Below, one piece after another: positions 8,992 to 19,728 of a stretch of 32,000 nt of DNA. Within the stretch, counting starts at the first letter, position 1. Each line of letters opens with the position of its first letter. The notes beneath the pieces were generated by a model. The model saw only the letters and a program-made list of their open reading frames with translations, searched no databases and was not told the origin of the DNA. The stretch spans positions 390,001 through 422,000 of the forward strand of contig NC_015735.1 of the NCBI RefSeq assembly GCF_000219175.1, in the 5' to 3' direction. This stretch comes from Candidatus Moranella endobia PCIT (GTDB lineage: Bacteria > Pseudomonadota > Gammaproteobacteria > Enterobacterales > Enterobacteriaceae). A program made the position numbers and the translations under genes.

Positions 8992-10140
8992 ATGTCGGCA
9001 TTACCCATTATAATAGGTCTAGTAGCGGGAGAAACTTCCGGCGATATTCTCGGCGCGGGGATGATACGCGCGTTGCGCGTTTATCTGCCACAGGTTCGCT
9101 TTGTAGGCGTTGCCGGTCCGCACATGCAGGCGGAAGGAATGGAAACCTGGTATGACATAGAAGAGTTGGCGGTAATGGGGATCGTAGAGGTAATTGAGCG
9201 TCTGCCGCGGCTGTGGCGCATTCGCCGTGACTTGACTCGGCGCTTCACTGCGCTACGGCCAGAAGTATTTATTGGTATTGACGCGCCTGATTTTACGATT
9301 GCGTTGGAAGGCTGTTTAAAACGGCGTGGCATCCGTACTATACATTACGTCAGCCCTTCGGTCTGGGCTTGGCGGCAAAAACGCGTATTCAAAATCGGCC
9401 GTGCCACCGATAATGTACTGGCCTGTCTGCCTTTTGAGAAGGAGTTTTACGACCGCTACAACATTCCCTGCCAATTCATCGGCCATACGTTGGCTGACGC
9501 CATGCCTCTTGAGCCGGATAAAGCCGCAGCGCGCCGGGAATTGGATATCCCGGCATCCGCGCGTTGTCTAGCAATTCTTCCAGGCAGTCGCAAAAGCGAG
9601 GTAGCGATGCTTAGTGCAGATTTTCTGCGCGCTGCCGAACTAGTGAGCCAGCATTTACCAGGGTTGGAGATTGTCGTTCCGTTGGTTAATCCGGCTAGGC
9701 GTGTGCAATTTGAGCGCATCAAAGATGCAGTGGCGCCGAATTTGTCGGTAAGGCTGTTTGACAATAGGTCACGTCAGACCATGATTGCCGCGGATGCCGC
9801 TCTGCTAACATCAGGCACTGCTTCGCTTGAGTGTATGTTGGCACAGTGCCCCATGGTGGTCGGATATCGCATGAAATCGCTGACTTTCGCGCTCGCGCGC
9901 CGGCTGGTAACAACCAAATGGGTATCGCTGCCGAATTTACTAGCTGGACGTGAATTGGTCAGAGAATTTTTGCAGAAGGCGTGCCGACCGGAGACGCTGG
10001 CTGCTTCTCTGGTAGAAATTCTTGACAATGATGCTCAGCGAGCAGCACTCATAGTTACTTTTCGTCACCTGCACCAGCAGATTCGCTGCAACGCCGATGA
10101 ACAGGTGGCGCGTGCGGTGCTGGCGTTGCTTAACCGTTAG
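8992..10140 (+). CDS. lpxB: Lipid-A-disaccharide synthase
   Basis: 382 aa, the same length as E. coli LpxB, and colinear ([125 protein letters not shown]). Confidence 0.95.
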   Translation: MSALPIIIGLVAGETSGDILGAGMIRALRVYLPQVRFVGVAGPHMQAEGMETWYDIEELAVMGIVEVIERLPRLWRIRRDLTRRFTALRPEVFIGIDAPDFTIALEGCLKRRGIRTIHYVSPSVWAWRQKRVFKIGRATDNVLACLPFEKEFYDRYNIPCQFIGHTLADAMPLEPDKAAARRELDIPASARCLAILPGSRKSEVAMLSADFLRAAELVSQHLPGLEIVVPLVNPARRVQFERIKDAVAPNLSVRLFDNRSRQTMIAADAALLTSGTASLECMLAQCPMVVGYRMKSLTFALARRLVTTKWVSLPNLLAGRELVREFLQKACRPETLAASLVEILDNDAQRAALIVTFRHLHQQIRCNADEQVARAVLALLNR

Positions 10141-10544
10141 TTAATTATTTTCAAACATTGCCCACCAAGTGCAGTCATACATTAGGTTGAGATAGTTGAT
10201 AGAATAGAATAGATACGCCTGTAGCACTTCAACAGCTTATTGAAAATCAATCTGCAGATATCATCATGTGCGCGTTTGCTTAGGCTTTCTCGATAGACCA
10301 GATAAAAGCGCTGGATTTTGTTTTGGTTGCGGAAAATCCGCGTCTTATCATTATCATTGATCTGCAAAGTGAACCATGACCGCAAGATGGCCGCTAGATG
10401 CGCGTTCAGTTTACCTAATAATATGTAGACTAACTTTGTTTCGTTGCTTCGCTTTGGTGGCTTAAGTTAGTCTTTCATAGTATGACCATGTTATGTTAGT
10501 GCTGTATGATCGCAGCTTAAACACTCCACATCCGGTACCATTTT
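10141..10544 (+). pseudogene. rnhB: Possible RNase HII relic or deletion scar
   Basis: The 404-bp gap between lpxB and dnaE has no plus-strand ORF, whereas E. coli carries rnhB (about 0.6 kb) there. Only weak RnhB-like strings are visible (LIENQSADIIMCAFA cf. EIDELNILHATMLAM; LIIIIDLQ cf. YVLIDGN). The argument is mainly positional. Confidence 0.3.
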
Positions 10545-13500
10545 ATGGTAGAACCAAGTTTTATTCACCTGCACGTACACAGTGACTACTCAATGATCGA
10601 TGGGCTGGTCAAAGTTGGCCAGTTAGTAGAACAAGCGGCGTTACTGCATATGCCGGCACTGGCAATTACTGATTTTACCAATTTATGTGGACTGGTAAAA
10701 TTTTACTGCCACGCCCATGACGCCGGTATAAAGCCAATCATCGGGGCGGATTTGTTGGTGCACAGCGATATGCTGGGCGGTGAACTAGCAGAATTAACCA
10801 TTCTTGCAACAAATAATGTTGGTTATCAGCACCTGACATTACTGATTTCGAACTCCTATAAACGTGGATACGGCGCCCTCGGGCCAGTAATCGATCGAGA
10901 CTGGCTGATTGAGCATAACGAGGGCTTGATTCTGCTATCCGGTGCTCGCAAAGGGGATGTCGGTAAATACTTAGTGCGCGGTAATATAGGTGGTATATCT
11001 CAGGTTGAACGTTGCCTGGCATTCTACGAGCGCTATTTCCCGGACCGTTATTATTTAGAATTGATTCGGACCGGACGGACAGATGAAGAACATTATTTGC
11101 AAGCAGCCGTGGAGCTAGCGGCGCGCCGTGGTCTGCCGGTAGTCGCCACCAATGATGTGCGATTTATCAGCCCTGATGATTTCGAAGCTCACGAGATCCG
11201 GGTAGCTATTCATGACGGCTATACCCTTGATGATCTCAAACGGCCGCGCAATTACAGTCCGCAGCAATATCTGCGCAGCGATAAGGAGATGTGCGCACTT
11301 TTTGCTGACCTGCCAGAAGCGTTAGTTAACAGCGTAGAAATTGCCCGGCGCTGCAATGTAGTCATCCGTCTCGGTGAATATTTTCTGCCGCAGTTCCCCA
11401 CTGGTAAGATGTCAACTGATGATTATCTGGTCAAATGTGCGCGGGAAGGCCTGGAAAAAAGACTGGAATTGCAGTTTACCGATACTGATATGCGCAGTGA
11501 GAAACGCCAGATCTACTACGAACGTCTGAACATGGAGCTGCACGTGATAAACAACATGGGGTTCCCTGGTTACTTCCTCATCGTTATGGAGTTTATACAG
11601 TGGTCCAAGGATCATGGTGTACCTGTCGGGCCGGGGCGCGGATCCGGTGCGGGCTCGCTGGTGGCTTATGCGCTGAACATTACTGACCTCGACCCGCTGG
11701 CGTTCGATCTGCTGTTTGAACGTTTCCTGAACCAGGAACGCGTATCGATGCCAGATTTCGACATCGACTTCTGCATGGATAAGCGTGATATGGTGATTGA
11801 CCACGTGACAGAAACCTACGGCCGAGATGCAGTTGCGCAGATTATCACCTTTGGTACCATGGCCGCCAAAGCGGTTATCCGCGACGTCGGCCGGGTGCTA
11901 GGCTATTCTTACGGTTTTGTTGCTCGTATCGCCAAATTAGTACCGCCCGATCCAGGCATGACACTAGAAAAATCATTAGTTTTGGAGCCTAAATTGCAGG
12001 CTCTATACGACTATGACGAAGATGTCAAAGAGTTAATTGATATGGCACGCAAGCTCGAAGGAGTAACTCGCAATGCCGGCAAACACGCCGGGGGCGTAGT
12101 TATTGCACCTACTAAAATTACCGATTTCGCGCCGCTTTATTGCGACTCAGGAGGTAACCATCCCGTTACTCAATTTGATAAAAAAGATGTTGAGTACGCT
12201 GGTCTAGTGAAGTTTGACTTTCTCGGCCTGCGCACTCTGACCATAATCCATTGGGCGCTGGAAATGATTAATGCCAGGCTTGTCTGGCAGGGTCTAGCGC
12301 CTATCGATATCACAGTTATCTCGCTAGATGATCAGAAAAGTTTTGATATGCTGCAGCGCTCTGAAACCACTGCGGTATTCCAGCTTGAATCGCGCGGCAT
12401 GAAGGATCTAATAAAACGTCTGAAGCCAGACTGTTTTGAGGATATAATTGCGCTGGTAGCGCTGTTTCGTCCTGGACCGCTGCAATCGGGTATGGTGGAT
12501 AATTTTATTAACCGCAAGCACGGCCTAGAAGCCATCTCTTATCCTGATAAGAAGTGGCAACACTCTTCACTGCAACCTGTTCTAGAGTCCACTTACGGCA
12601 TCATACTTTACCAAGAACAGGTGATGCAGATAGCCCAAGTGTTGGCTGGCTATACCCTGGGCGGCGCTGACATACTGCGCTGCGCGATGGGGCAAAAGAA
12701 ACCTGCTGAAATGGAAAAACAACGCTCGGTATTTAAAGCCGGTGCGGAAAGGATAGGTGTCGATGGCGCACTTGCCATGAAGATCTTTGATCTATTAGAA
12801 AAATTCGCCGGATATGGTTTTAATAAATCCCACTCCGCCGCCTATGCGTTGGTATCATATCAAACGCTGTGGCTGAAGGCCCATTATCCCTCAGAGTTCA
12901 TGGCAGCAGTGATGACTGCAGATATGGATAATACTGAAAAGATCGTGGGGCTTGTTGACGAATGTCTGCGGATGGGCCTGAAAGTACTTACGCCTGATAT
13001 AAATAGCGGCCAGTATAATTTTCATGTTAACGAAGAGGGAGCAATAGTATACGGGATCGGCGCTATCAAAGGCATAGGTGCAGGACCTATTGAAGCAATT
13101 ATCGCGGCACGTAATCATGGTGGTCATTTCAGAGAACTGTTTGATCTGTGCGAGCGCACAGATATTAAAAAAATAAATCGCCGGGTGCTGGAAAAACTAA
13201 TTATGTCGGGAGCGTGCGATCGCCTAGGGCAACATCGCGCTGCACTGATGCATTCTCTTGATAAGGCACTAAATTCATCAAATCAGCATGCAAAAGCCGA
13301 AGCTATTGGTCAGAGCGATATGTTCGGTGTGCTGGTGAATGATCAGGATGTGATGACAGCTACCGTCAAGCCTTGGTCTGAGCAGGTGGTGCTAAATGGT
13401 GAGCGGGAAACGCTTGGCCTATATTTGACTGGTCATCCAATCAACCAATATCTGCGTGAAATTGAACGATATTCTGGCGGGGTACAGCTAAAAGATCTGC

Positions 13501-14027
13501 AAGCCACCAAGCGCGGCAAGATAGTTACCGCTGTGGGGCTGGTGCTGTCCACGCGGGTTATGGTCACTAAACGAGGCAACAAGATCGGTGTTTGTACACT
13601 AGATGATCGTTCCAGTCGGGTGGATATTATCCTATTCACAGATGTACTAGAAAAATACCAACATTTACTGGAAAAAGATCGTCTTCTGATCGCTAAGGGA
13701 TATATTGATGGTGAAGATTTAAACGGTGGCGTTAAGATGACCGTTCGCGAACTAATGGATATTAGCGAAGCACGTAAAAAATATGTGCGCGGGATTGCTA
13801 TATATTTAACCGACAGTCAAATTAATGATCAGCTGTTAAACCGTCTCCGTGTATCTTTGGAGCAGTATCGATCTGATATGATTCCAGTGCATCTATATTA
13901 TCAACGGCAAGAGGCGCGCGCGCGGCTGCGCTTTGGGGCAAACTGGCAGGTGACGCCGACCGACAATTTACTTAATGACTTACGAACCATTGTGGGACCG
14001 AAACAGGTGGAACTGGAATTTGACTAA
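10545..14027 (+). CDS. dnaE: DNA polymerase III alpha subunit
   Basis: 1160 aa, the same length as E. coli DnaE, and colinear end to end ([219 protein letters not shown], ending VELEFD). Confidence 0.97.
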   Translation: MVEPSFIHLHVHSDYSMIDGLVKVGQLVEQAALLHMPALAITDFTNLCGLVKFYCHAHDAGIKPIIGADLLVHSDMLGGELAELTILATNNVGYQHLTLLISNSYKRGYGALGPVIDRDWLIEHNEGLILLSGARKGDVGKYLVRGNIGGISQVERCLAFYERYFPDRYYLELIRTGRTDEEHYLQAAVELAARRGLPVVATNDVRFISPDDFEAHEIRVAIHDGYTLDDLKRPRNYSPQQYLRSDKEMCALFADLPEALVNSVEIARRCNVVIRLGEYFLPQFPTGKMSTDDYLVKCAREGLEKRLELQFTDTDMRSEKRQIYYERLNMELHVINNMGFPGYFLIVMEFIQWSKDHGVPVGPGRGSGAGSLVAYALNITDLDPLAFDLLFERFLNQERVSMPDFDIDFCMDKRDMVIDHVTETYGRDAVAQIITFGTMAAKAVIRDVGRVLGYSYGFVARIAKLVPPDPGMTLEKSLVLEPKLQALYDYDEDVKELIDMARKLEGVTRNAGKHAGGVVIAPTKITDFAPLYCDSGGNHPVTQFDKKDVEYAGLVKFDFLGLRTLTIIHWALEMINARLVWQGLAPIDITVISLDDQKSFDMLQRSETTAVFQLESRGMKDLIKRLKPDCFEDIIALVALFRPGPLQSGMVDNFINRKHGLEAISYPDKKWQHSSLQPVLESTYGIILYQEQVMQIAQVLAGYTLGGADILRCAMGQKKPAEMEKQRSVFKAGAERIGVDGALAMKIFDLLEKFAGYGFNKSHSAAYALVSYQTLWLKAHYPSEFMAAVMTADMDNTEKIVGLVDECLRMGLKVLTPDINSGQYNFHVNEEGAIVYGIGAIKGIGAGPIEAIIAARNHGGHFRELFDLCERTDIKKINRRVLEKLIMSGACDRLGQHRAALMHSLDKALNSSNQHAKAEAIGQSDMFGVLVNDQDVMTATVKPWSEQVVLNGERETLGLYLTGHPINQYLREIERYSGGVQLKDLQATKRGKIVTAVGLVLSTRVMVTKRGNKIGVCTLDDRSSRVDIILFTDVLEKYQHLLEKDRLLIAKGYIDGEDLNGGVKMTVRELMDISEARKKYVRGIAIYLTDSQINDQLLNRLRVSLEQYRSDMIPVHLYYQRQEARARLRFGANWQVTPTDNLLNDLRTIVGPKQVELEFD

Positions 14028-14057
14028 TATAGGAATCTTAGGGATCTGCGGAAGATT

Positions 14058-15011
14058 ATGAGTCTGAATTTTCTTGATTTTGAACAGCCAATTGCAGATA
14101 TTGAAGCTCAAATTGATTTGTTGACCACAGTCAACCCACAAATTTTGGATCTTAATCTGGATGACGAGGTGCGGTACCTGCGTGCAAAAAGCTTGGCACT
14201 GACAAATAAAATTTTTTCTGAGCTTGGTGCTTGGCAAATTACCCAGCTTTCTCGACATCCGATGCGGCCATATACACTTGATTATGTGCAGCATATATTC
14301 ACAGATTTTGACGAATTGGCAGGCGATCGCGTCTCTGCAGATGATAAAGCCATCGTCGGCGGCATAGCGCGTCTAGATTCGCGGCCGGTAATGATCATTG
14401 GCCACCAGAAAGGGCGGGACACAAAAGATAAAATCTACCGCAACTTTGCGATGCCGGCACCTGCCGGTTATCGCAAGGCGCTGCGGCTGATGGAGATGGC
14501 AGATCGGTTCAATTTACCTCTGCTAACTTTTATTGATACACCTGGTGCTTACCCGGGTGTCGAGGCTGAAAAAAACGGCCAGTCAGAGGCGATTGCGAAA
14601 AACCTGCGTGAAATGTCTGGCCTAAGAATCCCGGTTATTTGCACTGTGATAGGCGAGGGTGGTTCCGGCGGTGCACTAGCGATTGGTGTTGGCGATAAGG
14701 TCAACATGCTGCAGTACAGCATATATTCAGTGATTTCCCCGGAAGGTTGCGCCACCATTCTGTGGAAAAGCGCCGATCAAGCACCTATCGCTGCCGAAGC
14801 TATGTGTATTATTGCCAAGCGTTTAAAAGAGCTGGATATTATCGACAACATCGTCCTAGAGCCTCTAGGTGGTGCACACCGCGATTTGCCGGCTATTGCA
14901 GCTACTCTTAAAACGAGGCTGCTGGTTGATTTGGCAGAGCTTGACGGTTTAAAAGTAGAAGAATTACTCAACCGCCGTTATCATCGTTTGATGAGTTATG
15001 GTTATTGCTGA
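14058..15011 (+). CDS. accA: Acetyl-CoA carboxylase carboxyltransferase alpha subunit
   Basis: 317 aa starting [13 protein letters not shown], as in E. coli AccA, and colinear ([150 protein letters not shown]). Confidence 0.95.
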   Translation: MSLNFLDFEQPIADIEAQIDLLTTVNPQILDLNLDDEVRYLRAKSLALTNKIFSELGAWQITQLSRHPMRPYTLDYVQHIFTDFDELAGDRVSADDKAIVGGIARLDSRPVMIIGHQKGRDTKDKIYRNFAMPAPAGYRKALRLMEMADRFNLPLLTFIDTPGAYPGVEAEKNGQSEAIAKNLREMSGLRIPVICTVIGEGGSGGALAIGVGDKVNMLQYSIYSVISPEGCATILWKSADQAPIAAEAMCIIAKRLKELDIIDNIVLEPLGGAHRDLPAIAATLKTRLLVDLAELDGLKVEELLNRRYHRLMSYGYC

Positions 15012-15100
15012 GCTGATTGTACAGATTGATGCCAGCAGTGCTGATGCAAAAACCAAGCCTGGGTTCATGGTTGGATGGATATAGATTGACCAAACTTAAT

Positions 15101-15176
<76 letters not shown>

Positions 15177-15201
15177 AGTTCTATCTAGTTAGTAGAACTG
15201 T

Positions 15202-15230
15202 ATGATATTAATCATACCAACTGTTGTCAA
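15202..15230 (-). promoter_or_regulatory. Candidate sigma70 promoter for tRNA-Ala
   Basis: On the minus strand: TTGACA (15230-15225), 17-bp spacer, TATCAT (15207-15202), ending 25 nt upstream of the tRNA 5' end. Confidence 0.5.
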
Positions 15231-15280
15231 CGAAGAAATGTGCTAAACTGGTAACATGTTGAAAAAAGTCCCAAGCCAAG

Positions 15281-16705
15281 CTAAATGGTCCTGGATGATT
15301 GTTGGTCAATAAAGCCTAGTGCAAAAGCGATACGCTCTAGAGACCGCGATTGACCAATCGCATGAATGGTGACGTCAAGAGCAGGTGACTTACCGGCGCC
15401 AGTTACCGCAACACGCAGCGGCATACCAATTTGGCCCATACCAATCTGCAATTCTGCCGCCGTTTGTTCGATGGCACCATGCACTGAGGCTGGCGTCCAT
15501 TCCACAATGTTCTCCAGTTTAACACGCACCGCTTGCAGCACCGGCGCAGCAAGCGGGCGTAAATGATTATTGGCTGCTTCTACATCAAATTCACAGAAAT
15601 CCTCGTAGAAATAGCGGCATCTAACTGCCATATCCTTCAGGGTTTTGCAACTTTTGCCCAATATTTGTACTAGCTCTGCCAATTTAGGTCCGGTGCTAGT
15701 ATTAATTACTTGCTGCTCAATATGCCACATGAGATGAGTAGCGACGTATTCGGCGGGCAAATGATTGATGTAATAGTGATTGTACCACAGCAGTTTTTTG
15801 GTATTGAACGTGCTGGATGATTTACTTACTGCAGTGAGGCTGAACAGCTGCTTCATTTCGTCAACGCTGAAAATTTCCTGGTCACCATGGGACCAACCAA
15901 GGCGCAACAGATAGTTCAGCAGTGCTTCTGGCAGAATGCCGTCATCGCGATACTGCATAATACCAACCGCGCCATGGCGTTTAGATAGTTTGCAACCGTC
16001 GGCGCCCAAAATCATCGAAACATGGGCATAATCAGGCACCGGCGCGCCCAAAGCTTTAAGAATATTGATCTGCCTGGGCGTATTATTGATATGGTCCTCA
16101 CCGCGGATCACATGAGTAATAGCCATATCGAAATCATCGATTACTACGCATAAATTATAGGTTGGTGAGCCATCGGTGCGGCGGATGATTAGATCATCCA
16201 GCTCCTTGTTCTTGAATTCGATAGGTCCGCGAATAAGATCATGAAAGATGACCGAACCGTCCGGCGGATTGCTAAAACGCACAACGTATGGTTCATCAGA
16301 GGGGTGATGGTTATGGACGTAGCTGTAACGACAGCGTCTATCGTAACAAGGTTTCTCGCCAAGGGCTATCTGAGCCTCACGTAACGTTTCCAGTCGCTCT
16401 TTTGAGCAATAGCATTTATAGGCTGTACCTTTTGATAGCATGTTTTCAATGACGGTGTTATAACGGTCGAAACGTGTTGTCTGAACATAAGGGCCTTCGT
16501 CCCAGTCCAGGTTGAGCCAAGTCATACTGTCCATAATGGCCTCAATCGCTGGTTGCGTTGAGCGCTCCAGGTCGGTGTCATCAATGCGCAGCACGAACTT
16601 GCCTCCTGTATTATGGGCGAATAGCCATGAATAAAGCGCAGTCCGCGCACCACCAAGATGCAAATAACCCGTGGGGCTGGGCGCAAAGCGTGTTTTAATT
16701 TTCAT
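15281..16705 (-). CDS. gltX: Glutamyl-tRNA synthetase
   Basis: 474 aa starting [29 protein letters not shown], as in E. coli GltX. The HIGH-type motif, the CYCSKERLE zinc-site region, [44 protein letters not shown], the KLSKRHGA (KMSKS-type) motif and [22 protein letters not shown] are all present. Confidence 0.96.
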   Translation of the reverse strand: MKIKTRFAPSPTGYLHLGGARTALYSWLFAHNTGGKFVLRIDDTDLERSTQPAIEAIMDSMTWLNLDWDEGPYVQTTRFDRYNTVIENMLSKGTAYKCYCSKERLETLREAQIALGEKPCYDRRCRYSYVHNHHPSDEPYVVRFSNPPDGSVIFHDLIRGPIEFKNKELDDLIIRRTDGSPTYNLCVVIDDFDMAITHVIRGEDHINNTPRQINILKALGAPVPDYAHVSMILGADGCKLSKRHGAVGIMQYRDDGILPEALLNYLLRLGWSHGDQEIFSVDEMKQLFSLTAVSKSSSTFNTKKLLWYNHYYINHLPAEYVATHLMWHIEQQVINTSTGPKLAELVQILGKSCKTLKDMAVRCRYFYEDFCEFDVEAANNHLRPLAAPVLQAVRVKLENIVEWTPASVHGAIEQTAAELQIGMGQIGMPLRVAVTGAGKSPALDVTIHAIGQSRSLERIAFALGFIDQQSSRTI

Positions 16706-16771
16706 CAGCTACATTGTTTGCCAAGAAGACTCTCAAAATTGTTTAGGTTATGATGGTGCGAAATTGAACAT

Positions 16772-16801
16772 ATTATATACCACTGATGGAATAATTAACA
16801 A
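16772..16801 (-). promoter_or_regulatory. Candidate sigma70 promoter for gltX
   Basis: On the minus strand: TTGTTA (16801-16796), 18-bp spacer, TATAAT (16777-16772), with a TG-containing extended -10 context. It lies about 65 nt upstream of the gltX ATG and diverges from the tRNA promoter. Confidence 0.4.
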
Positions 16802-16862
16802 TGCTTGTCATACTACTCAGTAGGGATAATGTTAAGATAAACAAAAAAATACTGGAAAATCG

Positions 16863-16890
16863 TTGACTCATGCCAGCAGTTACCTATAAT
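16863..16890 (+). promoter_or_regulatory. Strong sigma70 promoter for the tRNA-Val/tRNA-Lys operon
   Basis: TTGACT (16863-16868), 16-bp spacer, consensus TATAAT (16885-16890). An A-rich tract (AAACAAAAAAATACTGGAAAAT) lies immediately upstream, like an UP element. The tRNA-Val 5' end is 21 nt downstream of the -10. Confidence 0.7.
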
Positions 16891-16911
16891 TAATGTGACC
16901 CAACACAGTTA

Positions 16912-16987
16912 GGGTGATTAGCTCAGCTGGGAGAGCACCTCCCTTACAAGGAGGGGGTCGGCGGTTCGATCCCGTCATCACCCATCA
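16912..16987 (+). tRNA. tRNA-Val (anticodon UAC); the 3' end is TCA instead of CCA
   Basis: GGGTGATTAGCTCAGCTGGGAGAGCACCTCCCTTACAAGGAGGGGGTCGGCGGTTCGATCCCGTCATCACCCA matches E. coli valU-type tRNA through the discriminator base (16984). The next three bases are TCA, not CCA. Confidence 0.93.
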
Positions 16988-17006
16988 ATTATTATATATT
17001 TTAACT

Positions 17007-17082
17007 GGGTCGTTAGCTCAGTTGGTAGAGCAGTTGACTTTTAATCAATTGGTCGCCGGTTCGATTCCTGCACGACCCACCA
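17007..17082 (+). tRNA. tRNA-Lys (anticodon UUU), CCA encoded; C51:U63 mismatch in the T-stem
   Basis: GGGTCGTTAGCTCAGTTGGTAGAGCAGTTGACTTTTAATCAATTGGTCGCCGGTTCGATTCCTGCACGACCCACCA. It is the same as E. coli lysV-type tRNA except that the T-arm reads GCCGG/CCTGC where E. coli has GCAGG/CCUGC, and there is one T-loop change. Confidence 0.93.
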
Positions 17083-17585
17083 AGAATGTTAAGCATGTAC
17101 CCATACGATAGATGATAGATATATTATATCGGTCGATCCATGGATCAGATCGATCAATTAATTACTGGCCTTGAGTGGACTATCTTCCACATGGTGTGGA
17201 GGTTTCGACCCATATCCCAGGTTACGTCCGATCGTGGTAACTACTTTCATAACAAAAGTTACTTTGTGTGCTTGCCAAGCGCAAGTTGAATATATGCTTG
17301 CCATCATCCATCAATCTAACGCCTAAATAATTAACAACTATTAGCGGTGCATCATAGTACATACCCCGGAAAATTTATTCTTACCATCTAGACGATGTCG
17401 CCGTGAAATTATTAAGAATATGTTACCTAACAGCTAAATCCCTATTTGCTGATTTCATTTGCCTGCGCGACTATGCGTACTCTACGCTCGAAAGTTAGCA
17501 AACTCGTGTTTATTCAAAAAATACATTGACAATTCATCTAACGTGAATAGAACTGAAGAATTAATAGCATTATCGATGTGCAAAA

Positions 17586-17614
17586 CTTGAAAAAAAGCCG
17601 CTAAGACCACAGAT
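17586..17614 (+). promoter_or_regulatory. Candidate sigma32 (heat-shock) promoter for htpX
   Basis: CTTGAAA (17586-17592), 14-nt spacer, CCACAGAT (17607-17614), compared with the consensus CTTGAAA-N13-15-CCCCATNT. It lies about 50 nt upstream of the htpX ATG. htpX is a sigma32 regulon member in E. coli. Confidence 0.4.
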
Positions 17615-17662
17615 CATGATATGGTAATAGTGGTGATTATTTTCTGGGAACCTTGCATTGTT

Positions 17663-18544
17663 ATGCTACGTATTGTTCTTTTACTGCTTACTAACCTGTC
17701 TGTGATGATAGTTTTCGGTGTTGTACTCAGCTTCACCGGAATTCAGTCCTCTAGTGTTGCCGCATTCATGACAATGGTTGGATTATTCGGTTTCGGCGGC
17801 TCATGTGTGTCACTATTAATGTCAAAATGCATTGCGCTGCGCACAGTTGGGGGCGAAGTAATTGATAAACCGCGTAATGAGACCGAATGCTGGCTTGTGC
17901 ATACTGTTAGCCAGCAAGCGCAACAAGCAAATGTTGCCATGCCACAAGTAGCTATTTACCACGCACTCGATATCAATGCTTTTGCTACTGGTGCCTGTCG
18001 TGATGCGTCGCTGGTAGCAGTAAGTACTGGACTACTGCATAATATGAGCCGCGACGAGGCCGAAGCGGTCATCGCGCATGAAATTAGCCATATAGCAAAT
18101 GGCGATATGGTGACCATGACCCTGATCCAGGGTGTGGTTAATGTCTGTGTTATTTTTTTATCTCGTCTCCTAGCACAGTTGTCAGCAGGTTTCATGTCGT
18201 CAGTCAGCGAAAACGTGGAAAATGGTAATGGTAGCCAGCTATTGTATTGTATCTCCATGGTGCTGGAATTAGTATTCGGCATACTAGCTAGTATAATCAC
18301 TCTTTGGTTCTCACGTACTAGAGAATTCTACGCCGATGCTGGTTCAGCAAGGTTGGTAGGGCGAGATAAAATGATAGCGGCTCTGCAACATCTAAAAATA
18401 AGTTATGAGCCGCAGACAGCCAGCAACATGATAGCGTTGTGTATTCATGGTCGTCGTCACAATGCGGTTAGTGAACTATTTATGTCCCATCCTACGCTGG
18501 AGAAACGGATTGATGCACTACGTTCCCGCGCCTATCTAAAATAA
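17663..18544 (+). CDS. htpX: Membrane zinc metalloprotease HtpX
   Basis: 293 aa from [19 protein letters not shown] (E. coli MMRIALFLLTNLAVMVVFG). [95 protein letters not shown] (HExxH) and [45 protein letters not shown] are all colinear. The track start at 17621 adds 14 unmatched residues. Confidence 0.93.
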   Translation: MLRIVLLLLTNLSVMIVFGVVLSFTGIQSSSVAAFMTMVGLFGFGGSCVSLLMSKCIALRTVGGEVIDKPRNETECWLVHTVSQQAQQANVAMPQVAIYHALDINAFATGACRDASLVAVSTGLLHNMSRDEAEAVIAHEISHIANGDMVTMTLIQGVVNVCVIFLSRLLAQLSAGFMSSVSENVENGNGSQLLYCISMVLELVFGILASIITLWFSRTREFYADAGSARLVGRDKMIAALQHLKISYEPQTASNMIALCIHGRRHNAVSELFMSHPTLEKRIDALRSRAYLK

Positions 18545-18823
18545 AATTTTGCTGGTGTCGCCGTTGCAGTTACGTGTTTCCTAGGTTATTATGTATGGTC
18601 TCCTTATTAGGAGATTTAGGAGACTAATAAGTCGCACGCGTTACTGCCAAATAAGATCGTCAAGGTTACGGCTAAGATAATAGATAACGTAACTACAAGC
18701 GGTTTTTTTTTACCTCGTAACTTTTTACACATAACGTAATTGCTCGGCTAAAATAATTAGAAATACTATCCCGTTATATTAATAACGGAAAGTATGGTGG
18801 CAATAAAATAATCCATCGTTGTA

Positions 18824-18852
18824 CTTGAAAAGGATGCTTCTATCCCCCAATT
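18824..18852 (+). promoter_or_regulatory. Candidate sigma32 (heat-shock) promoter for clpP-clpX
   Basis: CTTGAAA (18824-18830), 13-nt spacer, CCCCCAATT (18844-18852), a close fit to the consensus CTTGAAA-N13-15-CCCCATNT. It lies about 200 nt upstream of the clpP ATG. clpPX is heat-shock regulated in E. coli. Confidence 0.55.
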
Positions 18853-18962
18853 AATTGAGGATGGTGATGGTGTCATGCATGTTAGTGGTAGTGGTAAAAA
18901 TTGCAGACAATAGCCTAAGCCTCAGAGCCTAGCGGAACGGAGACATCGCACTGTCCCACTGA

Positions 18963-19003
18963 GCATGATTAGAATTATCATGCGGCGAAATTTTTATTTT
19001 TTT
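18963..19003 (+). other. Hairpin plus T-tract in the putative clpP leader
   Basis: GCATGAT-tagaatt-ATCATGC (7-bp stem, 18963-18983), then GGCGAAA, then TTTTTATTTTTTT (18991-19003). The stem is AT-rich and the T-tract is not adjacent, so a terminator or attenuator function is uncertain. Confidence 0.25.
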
Positions 19004-19049
19004 CAGCGATGCTAATTATCAGCGGTAATAGTAATAAGGTAACTTTGCT

Positions 19050-19634
19050 ATGGCCCTAGTGCCAATGGTGGTAGAACAGACTTCACGCGGAGAGCGTTCA
19101 TACGATATTTTTTCTCGCCTATTAAAAGACAGGATTATCTTCATGACCGGTCCGGTCGAAGAATATATGGCAGATTTGATTGTCGCGCAGTTGATGTTTT
19201 TAGAAGCGGAAAACCCAGAAAAGGATATCTGTCTTTACATCAACTCACCGGGCGGGGTTATTACTGCCGGTATGTCGATATATGACACCATGCAATTCTT
19301 AAAACCGGATATCAGCACGTTCTGCCTGGGACAGGCAGCATCCATGGGTGCTTTTTTGCTGGCAGCCGGTGCTAAGGGCAAGCGTTTCTGTCTACCTAAT
19401 TCTCGCATTATGATTCATCAGCCATTGGGTGGCTTTCATGGTCAGGCCACCGATATTGAAATTCACGCCAGGGAAATCCTAAAAGTAAAGGTAAGGATGA
19501 ATGAATTGATGGCCAAACATACGGGTCAGTCTCTTGACGTGATAGAGCGTGATACTGAACGCGACCGTTTCCTCTCAGCACCTGAGGCATTAGACTATGG
19601 AATAGTGGATTACGTACTTAGTCAGCGCGCGTAA
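19050..19634 (+). CDS. clpP: ATP-dependent Clp protease proteolytic subunit, lacking the N-terminal propeptide
   Basis: 194 aa starting [26 protein letters not shown] (E. coli residues 14 onward: [26 protein letters not shown]). Catalytic Ser ([11 protein letters not shown]), His (IMIHQPLGG) and Asp ([12 protein letters not shown]) contexts are present. Four consecutive in-frame stops (19026-19037) preclude a longer N-terminus. Confidence 0.95.
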   Translation: MALVPMVVEQTSRGERSYDIFSRLLKDRIIFMTGPVEEYMADLIVAQLMFLEAENPEKDICLYINSPGGVITAGMSIYDTMQFLKPDISTFCLGQAASMGAFLLAAGAKGKRFCLPNSRIMIHQPLGGFHGQATDIEIHAREILKVKVRMNELMAKHTGQSLDVIERDTERDRFLSAPEALDYGIVDYVLSQRA

Positions 19635-19728
19635 TTGCTTCAGTCGTGCGTCAGCATCCGTGATGCTCTAGTTGCGTGCCGCCATGGTGTTCTGCCGTAC
19701 CAAGATCCCTACAGAGGGTTACTGATTG

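Noticed and set aside
10182-10385. A 67-aa minus-strand ORF in the lpxB-dnaE gap.
   Set aside because: It has no homology that I recognise and no ribosome-binding site. It lies in the probable rnhB scar.
16914-17111. A 65-aa ORF.
   Set aside because: It is read straight through the tRNA-Val and tRNA-Lys genes.
17135-17203. The idea that the GATC cluster plus a DnaA-box-like arm marks a replication origin.
   Set aside because: There are only four GATC sites and one degenerate box. There is no AT-rich 13-mer array, no flanking gidA/mioC-type genes, and no strand-bias switch centred here.
17185-17225. A possible tRNA or tmRNA fragment (GGAGGTTTCGACCC resembles a T-arm).
   Set aside because: No complementary T-stem or acceptor stem can be drawn, so it is not a tRNA-like fold.
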